Shown here: one piece after another, positions 56,338-64,000 of the stretch
Layout: each line of letters opens with the position of its first letter
Numbering within the stretch: the stretch's first letter is position 1
Assembly (NCBI GenBank): GCA_036172245.1
Contig: JAYWIR010000032.1
Location: forward strand, 2,108,001-2,172,000
Length of the DNA: 64,000 nt
Reading direction: 5' to 3'
Source: Raillietiella orientalis
Lineage: Eukaryota
The notes under the pieces: generated by a model
Databases searched by the model: none
What the model was told of the DNA's origin: nothing
The model's input: only the letters and a program-made list of their open reading frames with translations
Position numbers and translations under genes: made by a program

Positions 56338-57720
56338 TCGCCGTAACCTGGAGGGAGACGGTTCAGGGGAAACTGGTCGCAGAACTCGCGGACTGAGCTC
56401 TTCAAGTCGTCCCAGTCCGCGAGCGACTGCAGATGGAAGCCTTGCAGGAACGAGCGAAGATGTTGCGCTGCTCCTGCGAGGCGCACCCAGTCCCCTGGCA
56501 AACGCCACGCTGTGGAGGGTGGACCTCTACCGCGCGGGTGTATTTCTACCACGAGCCGGGGATGGTCGGAAAGTTCGGATGGCACTGCCCCTCGATTTCC
56601 CACCCGCGAACACAGGTGGTTGTCGAGGAACATGTGGTCGATCCTCGTCTCCGTCCCGGCGTCACCGGCCAACAAGTTGCGCGCGTGCATGGCAGCGCAC
56701 ATCTCGTTGACCAGCTGTGCGCGAATGTCGGGCGCACCTGCCAGCAGGCGGACGTTAAAGTCCCCGGCAATGAGGTGCGCCTTTCGCATGTCTGCTTCGG
56801 CCAGCCAATCTCGCCGCAGGCCTTCGAAGAACGCAGTGCGTTCCCCGCGCCTGTGGCTCGTGCCGGGCGCGTACACGTTGGTCACGACGAGGTCGATCGC
56901 GTCGGACCACTTGGCAACAAGCTGCCCGATTTGACCTTCCCCGTCGAAGTGCACGTCGCGCAGCGCATTAACGACGGCTGGCTTCAGCATGAAAGCCACA
57001 CCGCGATTGCGGTCTCTCCCGTTTTGGTATACGAGCCGCCCGCCTGCGATTCGTTCGATTTCCTGGGCCTCCTCTGCGTGGAGCACGTGCGTCTCCTGCA
57101 GAAGCGCCAGGTCGAAGTCCCGCAGGCTGGCGGCCACTTCTCTCCTCTTGCCGTCGTCGCGCAACCCGTTGACGTTCCAACAGATTACGCGCAGTCGCCG
57201 GCAGGAGGAGAGTCCACGCGTTGGTGTGTTTATTGTGCTTGCTTACCGTCCTCCGCCTGCTGTTCAGCAGGCGGGAGTTGTGTATCCATTGCGACGGGCT
57301 GTTGCTCGCAAGGAGGCGGTCCGTCGGTGGTTGTGGTGGTGGTTGGAGGATCCTGCTTGGCCAGGGACGTCTCCGGCGAGGAGTCGCGAGACCTCGCGGA
57401 CATCGCCTCCCCGTCGTCGTGGTCCGACCGCATTTCCTCCTCCGCCGGTGGAGGTGCGGAGCGCCGCGGGTTGCCTACCTTGCGGCCCGCTTTGCGCTTC
57501 GGGAGAGCGACAGCCGGAGCGTTGCCGGCTTCGGCTTCGGACTCGGAAGTCTCCGGTCCTTTCGCCTCAGCCGGACGCCTCAAGGCCTTCTTCTGGGCCT
57601 TGGGAGGCTGCTGGAGCATGGCTGCCAACTCTTCCGCCGCCTTGTTGAAGTCCCGGTCGTCGCTGCTCAAGCTGGGCTCGCGACTTTGTCGCGGCGTCGG
57701 CGTTCGCGCGGCGGCAGGTT
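56338..57720 (-). mobile_element. Fragment D: LINE ORF1 C-terminus plus intact-looking APE endonuclease domain of ORF2
   Basis: WNVNGL, LLQETH, RGVAF, NVYAP, AGDFN, RIDH and SDH in one open frame; ORF1 tail ends at 57230. Confidence 0.9.
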
Positions 57721-58372
57721 GACACCCGGATATGCCGGGGCATTTATTTATGGAAATAAAAATATAAGGAATTGTCGCGTGGCCACTCCAAAACAGCTTG
57801 CAGGTTGCCGGCGCTATGCCGGTGAGGTCCTTCCGATGCGCGGGGGTTGGGAAAGAAAAACAAAAACAAAAAGTTCGAACGTGGGAGGGAACAAGTGTTT
57901 CAGGGGTGGGAGGGCGGAGAAGGGATCACTTTGCGCGTGGAGAGGTCCTCTAGATCCTTTTGAGGATCCTCACAAGCTGCGTCCTATCCGCGCCCAAATG
58001 GCGCCACTTGCACACGCTTCGCACGAAAATGCGAGTCCAATACAAGGCGTTGCCGGTTGGCTGACGCCTTCTTCTGGTGGCGTTCCAAGCCGCCACGATC
58101 CCACGAATGCAGCAGAGGACTGCCACACAAGCGGACGGGGACAAGGCGTCACGAGAGAAGAGGCGCCTGAAAACGTCCTTAGGGCCGCATCCACGCAAGT
58201 CCAAAATCGCCGCAAGACGGTCCCAGAGAGGGCGGAGGGCACTGCACTCAATCAGAAGGTGGGGGAATGTCTCTTTTTCCCCGCGCCTGGGGAGAGAACC
58301 TCGCCGGTCTAAGGACCGGGTATCGATTATATTGCAGCGTGGGAGAACCCAGTGTTCCCCCACAGAAAACAT
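57721..58372 (-). mobile_element. Fragment E: LINE 3' end (Cys/His domain plus 3' UTR), head-to-tail upstream of D
   Basis: GEKETFPHLLIEC...LCCIRGIVAAW; ends AATAAA-tgccccggcatatccgggtg (57748-57723). Confidence 0.88.
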
Positions 58373-58379
58373 TTCTTAA

Positions 58380-59575
58380 AGACTTTATTATCTAATTTTT
58401 GTAACAAATTAGAATAATAAATGCCCCGGCATATCCGGGTGGCAAACGGCGGAAGCAATTGTTGTGCGCTCCGGGGATAGGGAGTTTTTCTTTTCTGGTG
58501 TTTCGTGTGTGGTTCGCGGCCGTTTACGGGCAGAAATGCCTGTGAACGCCGCAGTTTCAGGTGAGGGAGGCGGGAAGACCGCGTCTCCCAAGCCAAAGGA
58601 GGTATGATCACGCCCCACCACTACTTCTGCACCTTCCCCCGCCACTACGGCGAGGGCCTGGAGCGCGGTGGCAGCGGCGGAAACGCCCGATGTTGCCGCC
58701 GAAATCCAATCCTACATCCAGGAGGGCTACAATCCGGCCCTCCTGTACAAGGTAGGAAATTTATATTCCCCGTTAAGGGCGCGAAAGTTCGGCAATGCCA
58801 TTAAAAAGATGGGCATTGCCGACCATGAAATTCTTTGCCTGTCAATACGAGCGGAGGGCAGTTGGCGGAGCTCATCTGCAAGGATGCAGCTCTTACCCAC
58901 AAAATGCTTTGTACGCCCGTACAATTTGAGGGCAGGAATTTACTCCCCCACACGGTGGACCACTCCATTGTGGTTCACCTTACTGGGACAACAGTGCGGA
59001 TGGATGAAAATGCCATCCGCACTTAGCTTCAAAAATTCGCAAGCGTTTCCGCGATGTGGCGAAAGCCCAACGCCTTCGCTGTAATTTCCATCCGGGTAAT
59101 CCCGGGGCGTTTATTAAAAAACATTCCACAAACATGGTACCAGGCCCCACTAACGGCCACACAACGCCGGACCTGCCGGGACGCAGCCCGGCGTGGCTCT
59201 CCTCGGCAGTGGAAGGGATGGGGGAGAAAACAAAAAGAAAAATAAAAAGGAAAACAAAAAGTAGTTGGAGGGCTGGGAAGGGATCACTGTGCACTGGGAG
59301 GAGGGCCCATCCTTCGAAGGAAGCCCTTTAAGTCCGTTTACATCTTCGTCGCGGGTATCACTCCACGCCGCCACGATGGCACGGATGCAGCCTTCGGTGT
59401 AAATAAGGCGTTTAGTGGGCGAGTAGGCGCTCGCCTGACGCTGCGAGAAAGCGTGCAGCTTCCCCACAAGCTCCAAATCGGCGACGAGTTCGTCGACATT
59501 TGGTTCGTGGGGAAGCCCAAATTTTGTGGGAACTGTAAGACGTTCGGGCACCTGAAAAAGCGGTGCCCGGACGCA
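58380..59575 (+). mobile_element. Fragment G: short 3' tip (AATAAA plus hairpin), then 5' UTR and frameshifted ORF1 up to the first CCHC knuckle; interrupted by fragment F
   Basis: EIQSYIQEGYNPALLYKV matches ELRAYAANGYNPPLACKV of B. After F the frame resumes VNKAFSGRVGARLTL...FCGNCKTFGHLKKRCPD. Confidence 0.87.
59085..59389 (-). mobile_element. Fragment F: ~300-bp 5'-truncated LINE 3' end inserted into ORF1 of G with a 13-bp target-site duplication
   Basis: Flanks gccttcgctgtaa (59072-59084) and gccttcggtgtaa (59390-59402); 3' UTR closely similar to fragment C. Confidence 0.88.
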
Positions 59576-59610
59576 GTTTGCCTTTTACTTAATCAAGCAC
59601 CCCTTGCTAC

Positions 59611-60520
59611 TTAAACGCGATTCTCTGAAATCCTTAGAATGTATCTGAAGCCGATGAAGACATTCATTGCATTCATTTGCATCGCCTTTTTGATAATAAT
59701 GATCAACTGCTCAAGTGCAAAAAACATCTCTGAAACATAAGTTTGTACACCATAGTGCAGCACATGAAATGTAGCAAATGCCAAATGATCCTCTGCATCT
59801 TTTGGAGTAGCAGGTCTTTGATTTATAATACGATACAAGTTACCAGGTAGAATTCCTCCTGACTGAATAGCATTCCTTAACTGATCTAACATGCCGCCTG
59901 ATCTTTCAAGTTCAGCAACACGTACATATGATGAAAGTTCTTTTACAATATCTACATTTTTCACTAAATCATCCATAAAGGTAGCTAAGCTTGATGTTCT
60001 CTTCTACTTGCAACTTATTGATACTGTCAAGAACACGTTCAAAACCTTGATGCATTTCAATCCTCGTTCCTTTTATAACTGATAAAATCTTACCATTTTC
60101 AAAAATTGCACTTATTACCACAAAGTTTGTATCCACTTTATTTCTGACCTCTTCAATGGCAGCATAGTTTTTTTGGTATAGAGAAAAGGTTTTGACAACT
60201 TAAAGGTCAACTTTCTCAAAGGTTTTATATTGTTCATGCGGAAGTATGCCAAATTCTTCTGGTGTATCTTCAACTCCAAGACCATGCCTTCATTGTCTAT
60301 AACTCTGTCTTTGTTTTCCGCTTCCTTCAAGTAAGCTTCAGACCATCAACTTCGTGGATAACGTTCATACCTCTGAGCAACTTCATTTACCGTGTTTGTC
60401 TCTAATACATCCATGCCTCCCCTAGAATCGATCTGCTTTGTATTAGATTGTAAAGGTTGGATATCAAAATCTTTTGTAGCCATATCCTTAATTTGACCTA
60501 CACCCACTTTATCCGGGCTT
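59611..60520 (-). pseudogene. Disrupted intronless coding remnant of unknown origin
   Basis: Protein-like segments (SPDKVGVGQIKDM..., LKEAENKDRVIDNEGMVLEL..., MDDLVKNVDIVKELSSYVRVAELERSGGMLDQLRNAIQ...) linked by stops and frameshifts; no family recognised. Confidence 0.4.
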
Positions 60521-63500
60521 AATCACAATACAAATCACCCTCGCTGCGAAACTGAATGACCGTAAACAATTTATGTAAATATCAGATTTACTTTTACTTG
60601 TAATACAGATATTTTTAGTATAAGCTATTTTTTTGTGAATTTTATGTGGAATAAAATTTTGATAAAAAGAGTAAAGACGCATACCTGCAGACAAAGCAGC
60701 AAACCCAACACCATCTTCTATAGCCGAAACGTTGTACATGGCGCAGAAAGCTCAGCACAGGGTTGCCAACAGATGCTAATGGAATCGCTCTACATAACCT
60801 TCGAAAACCCGCGATTTCCCAAAAATAATCCCCTGATTTTGATACCTACGAATTAATTACTATGATTAGTATCATTACTATGAATAAGATGCTTCCAGTA
60901 TTTGATAAGGAAAAACAACTTTTTATATATAACTCGCTCCGAATAAAGGCGCTCTGGATCATCCTCACCGAGGTGCTTGGAGTTTGATTCTCAGCTTGTC
61001 CACTTTTGTTTCTGTGGGCAGCCAAGGTTTCTCTTTTCCTTGATACTCCACATGGCAATGATAATTTTTTCAGCATTCTGCAAGGAGGCCTAGGCCTTCT
61101 CTTATTGTGAGAATTGCATTGAGAAATTTCGTTCCCATCCAGCTTCCTAGTTTTGACTTCGCGTTGTTCATCAAGCAGAAGAACCTTTCCACTTGAGCAT
61201 TAGATCATGGAAAAACAATAAGAGATGTCATTACTTCAACCAACTCTTGAAATGGATTGACATCAGAAGCGTCCTTTTTAGCTACCTACTTCACTTTTGA
61301 ACTACTTAATTTTAAATCGTTCCTCTTGATTTCTGCTTCTGCTTTCTTGTCTGATGAAGTTTTGAGCTGCTGCATTAGTGGTATCAATGTACCTTTGACA
61401 AGACTAAGAGCATGAGATACAGACATTAGTGACATTGATCTTAGCACCTTTATATCAACAGGCACTCTTGCTGGACGCTCTTTATGTAACCTGATTATGC
61501 ACGTTTTTTCGAAATCACTTCCTTCTTCTGCTGGAAGCTGGAGCTGATGAGCTCGCTTTCAATTTAACGGGCTCAGATGGGAACGCCAGTGAGCACAGTG
61601 ATGATGAGTTCTTGGTAAGTCTTTCCTGCAGGCTGGAAGCACAAACTTCTTGGTCGTATTCTCCACCAAACTAGTCAGATTATCCGGGAGATTGGTGCAT
61701 TCGGTATTGCCTGCCTGAAATGATTTTTTTTACTGGTTCCATGATTGGTTTTCCAATTTAGATCCGAAGAAGAGGAGAAATGGGTGGGTTTTCTCATCGG
61801 AAAGCATGATGTTCAAAAGGGACACTGTACAATCTCTCTCTTTGGTACTCGCAGTTTATGAGCATCGCACCGAGTTCTACGTGCTGGTCCAGGATTCTGA
61901 TGATTGTGGTCTCAATGAACACCGAAGGAGACCGCCACTTCGTTGCGATGTTCTTTCAGTGAATTTATACACGAACAAATTTGCTTTGCTCCGTTGAAAC
62001 AATTTCAAGAGTTTGTTTTTGCAGCCATGTTTTTACGCAACTTGTTCTTACAAATACACTTACCTTTTTGAATTTGCTTAGAAAAATAAACAGTCAAATC
62101 TTTCATGACACTTACTTGTAGTATTTTCTATATTTATTGAGCACAGTAAACTACAACTATGAATCCAAAATTCTGGATTGGATTTTAGGTAAACTATTGG
62201 AAACCCTGCATTTTCTAATCAATTCTAGTCAAATTTAAAGATGGCAGTCTTTAGTGTGCTTCATGCAGCTAGGCTCTTGAAATTCTTGAATATCACTGAA
62301 TTTATAGTAATTCCAGGATGCTTACCCTTTGAATTTTAAGTGTCCGCTAACTTCTTCTAACAGTAGATGTGAAAATTACATATCTACATGTGAAAATCAC
62401 ACATATTCTTGGTCTTTTGTGCATGATCCAGGTTTGTACTGTCTTTTTTTACATCCAGGTTTGCTGATTTCATATCTTTTACAGATTATTTTAAAGTAAT
62501 TTTATTTGGGGAGTTTTCATGGAGAGGAGCAATTAAGGCCGTTGCTAAGATTGGTCAAAGTAAAAAAGATGGGATGAAAAATTTTTAAAGGAATTTGACA
62601 AAGTGCGGCAGCTCTTAAACTGACTACGGGAAGATGTTGAGGCTGCAGGCTCTTCTTAAAGCAATTCGTTATGTTCAACATGATTACTGGCTCTCATTTT
62701 TTGCAGCATGTTCGTATCGAAATGACGATTTTGCAATAAAATATGTGAGTAACCATACGTTTGAAAGAAACTTTCCATCTGTATTACCACTCTGAAATTC
62801 ACTAACTGTAACAAAGCCACTATGAGCATTTTAGGTGACTTACTGAAAATCTTGTCTATTTCACAGTAAACCTGGAAAAATTTAAAAATAGTAATTCATC
62901 TCTGTACATATGAATCTGGTTTTATTCAGAGTAGATAAGTGATTGAAATTCGCCTATTTTCTCTGAATTAACGAATCGTAGTGGGCTCAAATTTAAGTGT
63001 TCGCGGACTTTTTTAGTATAACTAATAAGTTGTTGATATTCCCTCCCTTTTTAATTCCTAATCCACAGTTCGCCTGAAATAGTAAAAATATTATATTTAA
63101 ATTAGCTTTACTCAAGTTATATATTGTATATAATATATGACCTGTCAAGCTAAGGGGTAATACGCAGACAATAGGACACGTTGTGGGATCTATTAGCGAT
63201 GAGAATGTTACACCTGAGCTTCCTGGATCGGTAAATTTGCAGCAGCTGAATCCAGGATGGAAGCATCGTGACGAATGTCGGATTCTTGAAACTGACAGAA
63301 TAGATTTAGTTGATTGTCGGTCGTTTGTGAATGGAACACGTGACAGCGGAGTTTTGCGATCTTCGTCGGAGACATGAAGCTGAGAAGATTTCCGACACAC
63401 ATACAGAGCTGTCAGATCGAAGCAAAATGGATACGGATGTCAGGGCTTTGGATTTAGACGATAATGGTTACTATTATCCTTTTGATTCAAATTATCATTA

Positions 63501-64000
63501 CCTTCTCAGCCCAAAGGATTTGGCTTCAATCAACCTCTATCTTACATTAAATGAATATAAGAAGATTCTAATTGACTCATTTCGCAAAGAGTTGTCCCAT
63601 GTAGCAACGCAGAACGATAAGGACTACGTGGTTAAGCATGAAAATGCTACAAATAGTGCTTCGAACAGCAGAAATGCCGACTGCTACCACTTGAGATGAT
63701 GATGGAAATCCTTCTTTTATGTCTTCGCAACTCTTTTGCACTGTTCCACGGCACTTGAGGGTGCGTGTGATTTTTCAAGATAGGAGATACCCCGAGATAG
63801 GACCGCCCTATGAATCCAGGAAGGGCTTGGAGTCCGTTCCTCTCACTCCTGGGAAAGAATCCCCGAAAATGGAGATCACTTGCACCCTGGTTGTCTCCGA
63901 AGGAGAACTCCCGAAGGGAATCTTCTTCCTTATTCTCTCCGAAGGGACTCCTGAGGGAGTCTGCTCCGGAAACGATCCACTGTCAGGAATTTCTACTCCG

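Larger units (their letters stand above)
50200..59575. mobile_element. GC-rich nested cluster of divergent L1/Tx1-like non-LTR retrotransposon fragments on both strands
   Basis: Abrupt shift to GC-rich sequence. Repeated ORF1 (CCHC knuckles), APE endonuclease, RT C-terminal and Cys/His zinc-domain pieces, plus six homologous 3' ends. Confidence 0.92.

Noticed and set aside
56433..58312. Long antisense ORFs (429 aa, 363 aa and similar) in the GC-rich island
   Set aside because: They are shadow frames opposite LINE ORFs; high GC suppresses stop codons.
50941..59115. Repeated palindromic motifs as CRISPR repeats or integron attC sites
   Set aside because: The context is eukaryotic, spacing is irregular at kb scale, orientation is mixed, there is no cas or integrase gene, and the motifs are explained as LINE 3' termini.

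Overview
AT-rich eukaryotic (metazoan, probably arthropod-like) genomic DNA with many very short GT-AG introns (41-55 nt). I reconstructed six spliced genes by hand: an NRF1/EWG-like DNA-binding-domain plus zinc-finger protein (-), a Chromator-like chromodomain/AT-hook protein (-), SRP receptor beta (+), TTC39 (-), METTL3 (+) and NDUFA12 (-). The last four form two tightly convergent pairs. The most unusual region is a GC-rich island at about 50.2-59.6 kb, made almost entirely of nested and abutting fragments of divergent L1/Tx1-like non-LTR retrotransposons (CCHC-knuckle ORF1; APE endonuclease-RT-Cys/His ORF2). All six element 3' ends finish in AATAAA followed by a conserved CCCGG-N5-CCGG(G/A)TG hairpin, with essentially no poly(A). 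The 3' UTRs share a covarying stem with a CUG(C/U)G(U/C) loop. Every 3' end is joined to another member of the family; two lie directly in front of an apparent 5' UTR plus ORF1, and one has a 13-bp target-site duplication. This suggests a self-targeting, RNA-structure-recognising retroelement family. A disrupted intronless ORF of unknown origin flanks the island. All calls come from reading the sequence by eye; no searches were run.
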